64,000 bases of DNA from NCBI GenBank assembly GCA_965242525.1, contig OZ251459.1, forward strand, positions 4,032,001 to 4,096,000. The letters are read 5' to 3'. Shown piece after piece: positions 27,253 to 35,406 of this stretch (position 1 is the first letter of the stretch; each line of letters starts with the position of its first letter). Below the pieces are notes generated by a model, which worked only from the letters and a program-made list of their open reading frames with translations, made no database searches and was not told the DNA's origin. Source of the stretch: an uncultured Candidatus Binatia bacterium. GTDB taxonomy: Bacteria; Desulfobacterota; Binatia; UBA9968; JAJDTQ01. The position numbers were made by a program, and so were the translations under genes.

Positions 27253-28458
27253 ATGCCCCCCGGTCCGGCCGGCAGCCCGAGTTTCTGGACGCCCACGTTC
27301 CTCCTGTTGTGCGCGGCGCAGTTCCTGGCCTACGGCCATCACGCGCTGCTGACCCCGACCCTGCCCCTCTACCTGGACCACCTGGGCGGCTCGCCGTTCC
27401 TGGTGGGCCTGCTGCTGGCCTCGTTCAGCGCCACCAGCGTGGCCATCCGTCCCCTGGTGGGCGCCTGGGTGGACTCCTGGGGCGAGACCCGGGTGCTCAG
27501 CCTGAGCTGCGCCGGCCTGTGCCTGGCGGTGCTGGTCTTCGTGGTCCCCCAGGTGGAAGGGGCCTTTGCCGCCAACGTCCTGCGCGGCTTCTCCTGGGCC
27601 GGCATCAACACCAGCGGCTACGCCTTCCTCGCCGCGGTGGTGCCCGACCACCGCCGCGGCGAAGCCAGCGGCTACTACTCCGGCATCCAGAGCAGCTCGT
27701 CGGTGTTCTTCCCGTCCGCGGCCCTGTGGATCATCGGCCATCCGGCCGGCGGCTACGCCGCGGTGTTCGTGCTGTCGAGCGCGGTGGCCCTCCTGGCCGC
27801 GGGACTGGCCCACGCCTGCGGTCGGGGCGCGCCCCGACCGGCGCCGCGAACGGACCCGGGCGGCCTGCCGGACCCGCCTCGGGCCAGGACCTACTTCGAC
27901 CGGGGCATCCTCTTCAGCGCGGCGCTGCTCTTCTGCATGAACCTGCCCTGGTCGGGTCTCACCTCCTTCATCGTACTCTACGCCCGCGAGGTCGGCATCG
28001 AGAGCCTGGGTTGGTACTTCGTGGCCATCGGACTCGCCAGCCTCGTGGGCCGGCCCCTCCTCGGCCGCGTGTCGGACCGGGTGGGCCGGGGTCCCGCGGT
28101 GGCCGCTGCCTACGTCCTGGAGATGGCCGGCATCGGGCTGGTCCTGATAGCGGCCGACGTGGCCGTGATGATGGCGGCCGGCGCGCTGTACTTCCTGGGG
28201 TACGCGCTGGGAGTCTCCACCACCCTGGCCCTGGCCATGGAGCGGGCCGACCCCCAACGCCGGGGCGTGGCCATGGCCACGTTCTCCATGGCCTTCCCCC
28301 TGGGCTCGGGGCTGGGGGCGGCGCTGGCGGGAGGCGTCGTGGCCCTGGTGGGCTACCGGGGCATGTACCTGGTCATGGGGGCGGCCCTCGCGGTGGGGCT
28401 CGTGTTGGCCCTGGCCAACCGGTCGGGCTTGGCGGCGCCGTCGCCCCGGGATGGGTGA
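27253..28458 (+). CDS. MFS transporter
   Basis: About 12 hydrophobic segments, GAWVDSWG and GRVSDRVGR motif-A-like loops; start approximate. Confidence 0.85.
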   Translation: MPPGPAGSPSFWTPTFLLLCAAQFLAYGHHALLTPTLPLYLDHLGGSPFLVGLLLASFSATSVAIRPLVGAWVDSWGETRVLSLSCAGLCLAVLVFVVPQVEGAFAANVLRGFSWAGINTSGYAFLAAVVPDHRRGEASGYYSGIQSSSSVFFPSAALWIIGHPAGGYAAVFVLSSAVALLAAGLAHACGRGAPRPAPRTDPGGLPDPPRARTYFDRGILFSAALLFCMNLPWSGLTSFIVLYAREVGIESLGWYFVAIGLASLVGRPLLGRVSDRVGRGPAVAAAYVLEMAGIGLVLIAADVAVMMAAGALYFLGYALGVSTTLALAMERADPQRRGVAMATFSMAFPLGSGLGAALAGGVVALVGYRGMYLVMGAALAVGLVLALANRSGLAAPSPRDG

Positions 28459-28493
28459 AGCCGTCGGAGGACGGGCCGGAGCCGCTCCCGCGG

Positions 28494-30548
28494 TCACTCC
28501 AGCAGCGCCTTCCACAGCGCATCCGGCGTATCCGAATAGAACTGCACGTTGACCCGCGTGGCCATGTGGTCGGACAGGTCGAACAACTGCTTGCGCGCGG
28601 ACACCGGCAGCAGCACCGCCGCGGCCCCCTTCTCCACCGCGGCTTCCACGACGCCCACGGCGTTCGCCAGCGGCTCCACCGACCCGCCGAGGTTCAACGC
28701 CCCCGCCACGATCAGGCCGCCCCGGACGCTCTTCTCCAGCAGCCCGCTGCAAAGCGCCATCAATACCGGCAGGCCGAGGCCGGCCCCGCCGCGGTCGTTG
28801 TCCATGGCGCGGAGCTGCACGGAGAACTCGTGGGCGCGGGGGTCCCGGTCCCCCACCAGCTCCCTGGCCCTGGCGTAGAGGTTCTGCTCCGCGTACCGGG
28901 CGCTCTCGCGGAACGCCGGCGGGACCGGGGCGTTCAGGATCCGGACGCCGCCGCCCCGGCCCGCCGCGACCTCGATGCGGTAGAGGCCGGGTCCCGTATC
29001 CGGCCCGCCCGGACCGATCCCCCACACCTGCCCGGGCGGCAGCGGGTCCGGGTCGATGGCGTCGTCGCTGCGAAGCTCCGGCGTGGAGACGAACTTCTCG
29101 ACTCCGTCCTCGCCCATGGCGTAGCTGAAGTGGGTGTTGCGGAACTCGCTCTTGAACACCCGCTTCTGCTGCTCCTTGACCCGGCGGCGCATTTCGAGGG
29201 CGGCGCGCGCCAGCGCCTCCAGCTCGTCGTCCGGCACGGGCATGTCCGGGTCCGGGTAGAGCAGCTTGAGCAGCGCGCTCACCGTCTTGTTGACCGCGGT
29301 GAGGTCGCGCCCGCTGAGGGCGCCGCCGTAGTGCAGCCTGTCCTGCAGGGCCGGGGCGCGGCTGCCGGTGCGGAGCCGGCTCCAGCACTCGGACAGGAAA
29401 TCGCTGACCAGGCCGAAGTGGTCGGTGAAGTGCTCGTTCGGGTTGAGTTTCGGGAAGTCCCAGCCGGGCAGGTAGGCGTGGATGCGGTCCATGAACGCGG
29501 TGTCGTCGCGCAGGTCCGCGGAGAGCGGGCTCAGCAGGTGCCCGACGCGCTGTTGCTGCTCCACGTCCACGTCGAGGTTCCCCACCATGACCACGCCGCC
29601 CTCCGCCCGGATGCTCTCCTTGCCGCGGGAGAACTCGCCGGACTCCATGTAGCCCTTGAGGATGTTCACTCCGTCCTTCTGGTCGAAGGCGACCCCCGAG
29701 ATCTCGTCGAAGCACACCACGTCGTACTGGCAGACGAGCCCGCGCTGTCCGTTGGCGTTGTTGACGAACATCTTGGCCACCGTCGCCTTGCCGCCGGAGA
29801 CCAGGTGGGAGTAGGGGGAGACCTGCTGGAACAGGTGGCTCTTGCCCGTGCCCCGCGGCCCCAGCTCGACCAGGTTGTAGTTCCGCTCGACGAAGGGCGC
29901 CATGCGCAGGAGGGCGACCGTCTGCGCCCGTTCCGACAGGGCCGCGGGCTCCAGCCCGACGCTGCGCAACAGGACGCGCCTCCACTCTTCGGCGGTAAAG
30001 GCATGCCTCCCGCGTCGGAGCGTGTCCAGGACGTCGGCCCTGGAAAGCTGGATGGCCCGGAGGGCGTCGATGGCGAAGGGACGCCCGTTCTTCTCCTGGG
30101 CGATGGCGGCGTCGTAGCCGAGTGTGACCTCGGCGTAGAAGCCGCCCGTCAACATGCGCTCGTGCTGCCTGACCAGGCCGTCGTCGATGCGCACGTCCCG
30201 GAGCGAAAGGCTCGGAAGCTCCGCGATCAGGGAGTCCGTCCGGGCGTCCAGCCTCGCGTTCACCACGTCGATGAGCTTGATGGATCCCCTTTCCCGCGCC
30301 CTCGCCTTGAACAGTTCCTCCTCGCCCGTGCGCACCGTCCGGTCGGAAAGCTGCCGCTCGACGATGGCCAGCCCTTCCTCGATCTCCCGTTCGTCGGTGG
30401 TCGCGCAGTAGCGCCCGAGCAGGAACTCCACCACGTAGGTGGGCACCGGGTACTGCCGGCTGTACTTGCGGACCAGGTCCTTGCGGACCAGGTAGCCCTC
30501 GAACGCGGCGGCCGCCCGCCGGTCGAGGTCGTCGATCGCCAGTGTCAA
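28494..30548 (-). CDS. brxL: BREX system Lon-like protein BrxL
   Basis: YPVPTYVVEFLLGRYC, Walker A ELGPRGTGKSH, VCFDEI, LKGYMESGEFSRG, AFMDRIH; Lon-like C-terminus; last gene of the operon. Confidence 0.88.
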   Translation of the reverse strand: MTLAIDDLDRRAAAAFEGYLVRKDLVRKYSRQYPVPTYVVEFLLGRYCATTDEREIEEGLAIVERQLSDRTVRTGEEELFKARARERGSIKLIDVVNARLDARTDSLIAELPSLSLRDVRIDDGLVRQHERMLTGGFYAEVTLGYDAAIAQEKNGRPFAIDALRAIQLSRADVLDTLRRGRHAFTAEEWRRVLLRSVGLEPAALSERAQTVALLRMAPFVERNYNLVELGPRGTGKSHLFQQVSPYSHLVSGGKATVAKMFVNNANGQRGLVCQYDVVCFDEISGVAFDQKDGVNILKGYMESGEFSRGKESIRAEGGVVMVGNLDVDVEQQQRVGHLLSPLSADLRDDTAFMDRIHAYLPGWDFPKLNPNEHFTDHFGLVSDFLSECWSRLRTGSRAPALQDRLHYGGALSGRDLTAVNKTVSALLKLLYPDPDMPVPDDELEALARAALEMRRRVKEQQKRVFKSEFRNTHFSYAMGEDGVEKFVSTPELRSDDAIDPDPLPPGQVWGIGPGGPDTGPGLYRIEVAAGRGGGVRILNAPVPPAFRESARYAEQNLYARARELVGDRDPRAHEFSVQLRAMDNDRGGAGLGLPVLMALCSGLLEKSVRGGLIVAGALNLGGSVEPLANAVGVVEAAVEKGAAAVLLPVSARKQLFDLSDHMATRVNVQFYSDTPDALWKALLE

Positions 30549-32917
30549 TCCTCACCTCCGATGATCGTCGATTGCCTCGCGAGGACCTGTCCGTCGGAAT
30601 CCAGGACCACCACCGCGGCCGGCGCCCCCTCACGCTCGTCGTCGGGGACCAGCAGGCTCGCTGCGCCCTCGTCATCTGCCGGCCGCGCGCCCCCGCTGAC
30701 GCTCGAATCCGGGTCGTTGACCTGCGTTCGCAGATCGACGGACAGGCCCGGAGCGGCGCCCCCGAGCCGCACCCGGCACCGCAACCCGACCCACGAAACC
30801 GCGGCGACGTTGGTTTGCTCCCTGGCGGCAGCCGCGCCGGCGCTGACCCGAACCACCGGCACCAGGCATTCCTGGAGGCTGACCCCCCCGTGGACCCATT
30901 GGTTGCCCGCGCCGAAGCACGCGATGCCGGGGCCGACGGCCACCCGTTCCCGGGCGTTCCAACGCCAGGGTACGGTGGGGACCTCCGGCGCGGCCCCGTC
31001 CTGGACGGCCGCGCACCGCGCCCAGCGGCTCAGGGTGAGGTACTTCGGCAGATCGACCTTCGGCAGCCCGCCCGGAAGCCACAGCCAGCCGTGGTCCGTC
31101 ACCACCCGGACCTCGCGCCACCCGGCGCGGAGCAGGGCGTCGATGCGTTCCGCCAGCAGATCGACCTGTTCGTCGATCCGAGCCGCGAGCCTTCCTTGCA
31201 GTGAATGGCCCAGCTCGTCGATCCCGCCGTGTTCGGTCCAGGCCCGGCCCGACGGGTCTCCGGTCTCATCCGCGGTGATGTACGGGTAGCCGGCCGCGTC
31301 GAGAAGGGCGCGGAACCGATGGGTGGTGAGGGGTCCTCCGCCCTCCGTTACCGCGGGGAGGAAGTCCTCGCCGAGGGACCGCCCCTCGATGCGCTCCGCC
31401 ACCGGAGACACCGCGGGCTTGGCGGTGGCGGTGACCGTGGGGAGGGCGGCCCACCGGGTCGAGGCCGCTGCGGAACGGCCCCTGGTTTGCAGACGTTCCA
31501 ACAGCCGCTGCGCCACGTCCAGGCGCAGGGCGTCCGCGAAGAGGACCACCGTGCCGGGACCGGCGGGGGCATCGTCCCCCGGGAGCGCGGGCGTCTCGCC
31601 TGCGTCCGGACCGGGGAACGGCGCCGCATCCGCGAGCTCCTGGAGGCGCCGGGCCGCGGACTCCAGCCACGGACGGTAGATCGCGTCCAGCGCTGCGCTC
31701 ACGGCCTGGCCGTCCGCGGACGATTGCACCGCGGCCATGCCGTGGAGCGCCGCAGCGTCGATCTCCCAGGCTCCTTCGGCGTACAGACGGGCCATTTCGG
31801 CCGGGGAGGCCCCGCCGAGCTCGTTCGACGTGCGTCGCGCGAGGGTCGCCAGGTGCGCCAGGGCGCAGGCCAGCGGCGCCTGCCCGAGCTTCGCCCAGAC
31901 CCAGTTTCGCCTCTTGCCGTGCGTCCCTTCGAGCGACAGGACCTCGTCCCGGGCCTCGGACGGCGCATCGCCTCCCAGCTCCAGCAGGGCGCGCCGCAGG
32001 GCTGCTTCTTCCCCTTCGTTGTGCTGGGGCCAGGAAGACGGCTCCGCGAACAGCGGCTCCGCGAACGGGTCGTCCGGCATGGCCCTGCGCAAGAGATCCG
32101 GCAAGCCCGGATACAGGGCGGGCGCCTCGGCGAAACGCCGCCATACCGACGCCCACGCCCCCTCGCGTCTGCCCAGGCGCTCCGCCGCGACGGTCTCGCC
32201 GTCCTTCTCCGGGTCGAACCCCAGGTCCGCGTTGCAGCGGGACGCAAAAGCGTTCCAGCGCTCGGCGGCCCACCCGGTCCGTACCGCCGCGGGGTCGCTC
32301 AGCCAGACCAGCACGTCCCTCACGGGATCGTCGGAGAAGAGCCGGTCGAAGTCCTCCGCTTCCAGGCGCCTGCCCCGCAACGCCGTCACCGGGGTCGCCG
32401 CAAGCTCGGTCAAGGCCCGCAGCATGGACTGCCGGGTGGCCGCGTCGCGCGCGACGTCCAGGTCCAGGCCGCTGTCCCGGGAGGTCAGGAACGCCTCCAC
32501 CGTCCAGTCCCTGCCGTTCCTCTGGGTCCAGCAGACGCCGCGGTACTGGAGCTCCACCAGGGGTTTCAGGTGGTCCGGGCAGGTCCCGGCGGCGCCGATC
32601 TCCTGGCGGCCCGCGCCGGCCAGATAGACGATGGGCGTCGTCCCGGGGGGAAACCCGGGAGGCTCCAGCGCCCGGTCGATGACGCACCGCAGCCAGATCG
32701 CCGGCCCGGTGCGCTCCTCGGGACGGTACTCCCCGAGGACCAGGAGCTGCGGCAACAGGGGCCGGAGTTGCGGGACGATGGGCCGCCACCGCGAATCGGG
32801 GTCCGTCCAAAGCACCGCGGCCGGCCTCTCCGCGTCGCCGGGGTTGGAAGCGGAGGCGGCTTCGAGGAAGGCGGCCAGGACCTCGATGACGGTGGCGGAA
32901 GGCGGCGGTGTGTTCAT
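30545..32917 (-). CDS. pglZ: BREX PglZ alkaline-phosphatase-fold protein (type B-like)
   Basis: AVLWTDPD, TGPAIWLRC, FADALRLD, LPTVTATAKP, VVTDHGW, HGGVSLQE; ATGA overlaps on both sides. Confidence 0.88.
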   Translation of the reverse strand: MNTPPPSATVIEVLAAFLEAASASNPGDAERPAAVLWTDPDSRWRPIVPQLRPLLPQLLVLGEYRPEERTGPAIWLRCVIDRALEPPGFPPGTTPIVYLAGAGRQEIGAAGTCPDHLKPLVELQYRGVCWTQRNGRDWTVEAFLTSRDSGLDLDVARDAATRQSMLRALTELAATPVTALRGRRLEAEDFDRLFSDDPVRDVLVWLSDPAAVRTGWAAERWNAFASRCNADLGFDPEKDGETVAAERLGRREGAWASVWRRFAEAPALYPGLPDLLRRAMPDDPFAEPLFAEPSSWPQHNEGEEAALRRALLELGGDAPSEARDEVLSLEGTHGKRRNWVWAKLGQAPLACALAHLATLARRTSNELGGASPAEMARLYAEGAWEIDAAALHGMAAVQSSADGQAVSAALDAIYRPWLESAARRLQELADAAPFPGPDAGETPALPGDDAPAGPGTVVLFADALRLDVAQRLLERLQTRGRSAAASTRWAALPTVTATAKPAVSPVAERIEGRSLGEDFLPAVTEGGGPLTTHRFRALLDAAGYPYITADETGDPSGRAWTEHGGIDELGHSLQGRLAARIDEQVDLLAERIDALLRAGWREVRVVTDHGWLWLPGGLPKVDLPKYLTLSRWARCAAVQDGAAPEVPTVPWRWNARERVAVGPGIACFGAGNQWVHGGVSLQECLVPVVRVSAGAAAAREQTNVAAVSWVGLRCRVRLGGAAPGLSVDLRTQVNDPDSSVSGGARPADDEGAASLLVPDDEREGAPAAVVVLDSDGQVLARQSTIIGGED

Positions 32918-33738
32918 TGCTCCGGACCGGCGGCGCCCGGCTCCAGGTGGAACGTCACCCGCACGAATCGGTTGCGTTCGTCGTTGACCAGTGCCGGTTC
33001 GGTTCCGTTGAAGCGCCTCATGGCGTGGCGCATGGTCAGCCAGCCCCGCCCGCGCCGCTCCATGAGTCCGCGCACGACCATGGCGTTCGCCATCATTTCG
33101 TTGCGGGAACGCGGAGCTCCGCCCATCCGCGCCTGCTCGATCGTCATGTGGTTGGGCAACGCGCCGGGGCTCGTCACCGCGATGCGGTCGTCGAACACTT
33201 CCAGCAGGATCTGGGATCCGGTGATGGCGTAGTCCCTGTGGATGACCGCGTTGACCAGCGCCTCTCGCAGCGCGCCTTCCGGCAGCCGCGGAACGTCCTG
33301 GCGGTAGAGGCCTCGATAGACCTCCCGCCGGCCCAGGCTGCGAAACCACCCCATCGCACGGTTCACCTGTTCTTCCAGGCGCCCCTTTCCTTCCCCCGCA
33401 CTCAGTACGTCGGCCGCCTGGTCGGCGCCGCCGTACGCGGCGCATTGCACGAACAGGCTCAGGGTGTGCGGATACGCCTGCGGGTCCCGCCCGAACACCA
33501 TCAGTCCGTACAATGTAGGGCGAAGCACGCCGTCCAGTTCATCGACGATGCTGGCGTTGCGCAAGTCGTCCTCCCGCGCCGGCTGCGGCGTCCGGTCGGT
33601 ATCCAGCCCCTGCGCCCGCATGAAGGTGCGCACGGCGCCGAAGTCGATGTCATCCACGGTGGCGTACGGCACGACCTGTCTTTCGTTGAGGACGAGGTCA
33701 TGCAGCAGTACTTGAGATTTCGGAAGAAACGAAGGCAT
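32914..33738 (-). CDS. HATPase_c_4 / RecG-C-like ATP-binding protein lacking the N-terminal AlbA domain (possible fragment)
   Basis: LREALVNAVIHRDY, VFDDRIAVTSPG, RNEMMAN, MERRGRG; paralogous to the C-terminal part of 34114-35406; start uncertain. Confidence 0.7.
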   Translation of the reverse strand: MPSFLPKSQVLLHDLVLNERQVVPYATVDDIDFGAVRTFMRAQGLDTDRTPQPAREDDLRNASIVDELDGVLRPTLYGLMVFGRDPQAYPHTLSLFVQCAAYGGADQAADVLSAGEGKGRLEEQVNRAMGWFRSLGRREVYRGLYRQDVPRLPEGALREALVNAVIHRDYAITGSQILLEVFDDRIAVTSPGALPNHMTIEQARMGGAPRSRNEMMANAMVVRGLMERRGRGWLTMRHAMRRFNGTEPALVNDERNRFVRVTFHLEPGAAGPEQ

Positions 33739-33784
33739 TGCTTCTGAATGAGCGATGGCTCGATCCGTAATCACTTCGGCCGTT

Positions 33785-34117
33785 CTACGCCGGTCCAGGC
33801 TCCGGATTACGGGAGCGATTGCGGTCCTTCCTGAGATCATCGATGTTGACGACACGACCATACTCGTCGACGAGTGTGGCCGTGCGGGGTTTCCTCATCT
33901 CGTACAGCGCCTTGCCTTGGCCATTGAAATAGCTTTGGCAGACGGGTTCATCTCGAAAGAAGTGGAGTATTGCTTCAGGACCTTCTTCGGAACGGAGGGT
34001 CAATGAACCAGCCTCTGCGCCATGAGTATCCCACAGGATCAAACGGTAATGATCCGCCGTCTTCTCCACTTCGAGTCTGCCCCAGGGCTGCTTCAGGTCA
34101 TAGTAGGAAGTGCTCAT
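33785..34117 (-). CDS. Hypothetical protein (110 aa) inside the BREX operon
   Basis: ATG overlaps the stop of the upstream AlbA gene (ATGA); balanced protein-like composition, unlike the GC shadow ORFs. Confidence 0.65.
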   Translation of the reverse strand: MSTSYYDLKQPWGRLEVEKTADHYRLILWDTHGAEAGSLTLRSEEGPEAILHFFRDEPVCQSYFNGQGKALYEMRKPRTATLVDEYGRVVNIDDLRKDRNRSRNPEPGPA

Positions 34118-35406
34118 GTCCGATGGTCCTCACTTGATGGTTCTTCCGGGTCGGCCGGGGCGTAGATCGTCAACAGGATCTCCGCGTCGCCGACCAGGCG
34201 GTACTCGGGCTCCCGGCCAGACAACCTGATGCTGTTGTCCAGGATCACGGGCACGCCCTCGCCGCGCCTGTCCATCATCGTCTGGCGATGCGTCGTCAAC
34301 CAAGGTATGTTCTTCGGCACGGGGCACTTGGCAAGGAGGCTGGTGACCACCTCGTTTCGGGTCGCCTGCAAATGAGGCAGATCCTGCAAACCCATCGTGT
34401 TCGGAATCGCGCCTGGCGAATAGAGTTCGAGGCGGTCCTGAAAGAGACGCAGTCGGATCTTCGATCCCTGGATGGAGTAGTCGCGGTGGGCCACGGCGTT
34501 GACGACGGCTTCGAATACCGCCCCCATGTCGAACTGCGGTCGATCCATGCGGCCTTGATCCTTGAACGCGGCCACCTTCATGTTCTTTGCCACGAACCGG
34601 CAGGCTCCCTCTACCTGTTCATTCAATGGCCCGGCAACGTCGGCAGCGTCCAGTTGGTAGGGATCATGGGTGCTCGTTCTGATCGTCGTGCCTCGGTAGG
34701 CAACGGCCTGGATGTATGCACTGGACAACCATCTCCTCGGGTCCTCGGAGGCCATGAGTACCCCGGCAACGGTTGGTCTGAGCGATCCGTTCTCGTCCAT
34801 CCGGGCCAAATGGAGCTTGGCCAACACGTCGTCCCGCTCATCCCCCGTGTGTGTGGTCTGAAATCGACTCCAGATTTCGCGAGACAGATCGTCCAGGGTT
34901 GCATCGGGAACGATTTGCTCATCGAAGCGGATGATGCGAACCTGGCTCCGCTGCTGGAACAACCGCGCGAGGTATTCGGGTGACATCGCCCGTTTTCCGC
35001 TGCCGACCCGATGCATATAGCCGCCCGGGGATCGATGCACGAACAGGCTGCGAGGCACGTCGATCTTGATGACTGCCGCCTCCTCGCCGGTGATCGTCGG
35101 CAAAAACAGACGCTCGATGACGGGCGTAATGGTTGGTTCGATGGAGTCTTGGCAAACATCCCGTACATGACGCTCTGCCGATTCGAGACGATCCAGAGGA
35201 ATCCCGATGATCTCACGCGTCTTGTCTTCCACGCCCAGTACGAAGACGCCTCCATGGCTGTTGGCAAACGCAGCGAGCTCATCGGCAAGAGAATCACGGT
35301 GAGGTCCGGTAACCCGTTCCCCGGCGAAGCGCGCCTCCTTGTATTCCAGGAACGTGTCCTCGCCCAACCGAATCTTGTCCAGCAGCTCCTTTCTGTTGTC
35401 AAACAT
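34114..35406 (-). CDS. AlbA_2 (Schlafen-like) domain + HATPase_c_4 protein
   Basis: GEDTFLEYKE, LAAFANSHGGVFVLGVED, FEAVVNAVAHRDY, RLELYSPG, MDRRGEG. Confidence 0.85.
   Translation of the reverse strand: MFDNRKELLDKIRLGEDTFLEYKEARFAGERVTGPHRDSLADELAAFANSHGGVFVLGVEDKTREIIGIPLDRLESAERHVRDVCQDSIEPTITPVIERLFLPTITGEEAAVIKIDVPRSLFVHRSPGGYMHRVGSGKRAMSPEYLARLFQQRSQVRIIRFDEQIVPDATLDDLSREIWSRFQTTHTGDERDDVLAKLHLARMDENGSLRPTVAGVLMASEDPRRWLSSAYIQAVAYRGTTIRTSTHDPYQLDAADVAGPLNEQVEGACRFVAKNMKVAAFKDQGRMDRPQFDMGAVFEAVVNAVAHRDYSIQGSKIRLRLFQDRLELYSPGAIPNTMGLQDLPHLQATRNEVVTSLLAKCPVPKNIPWLTTHRQTMMDRRGEGVPVILDNSIRLSGREPEYRLVGDAEILLTIYAPADPEEPSSEDHRT

Noticed and set aside
26920-31289. Very long alternative-frame ORFs (1251 aa, 1326 aa; likewise 9343-12303, 23335-26184, 48296-50875)
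   Set aside because: Arg/Gly/Pro-rich shadow frames of real high-GC genes, with no recognisable motifs.
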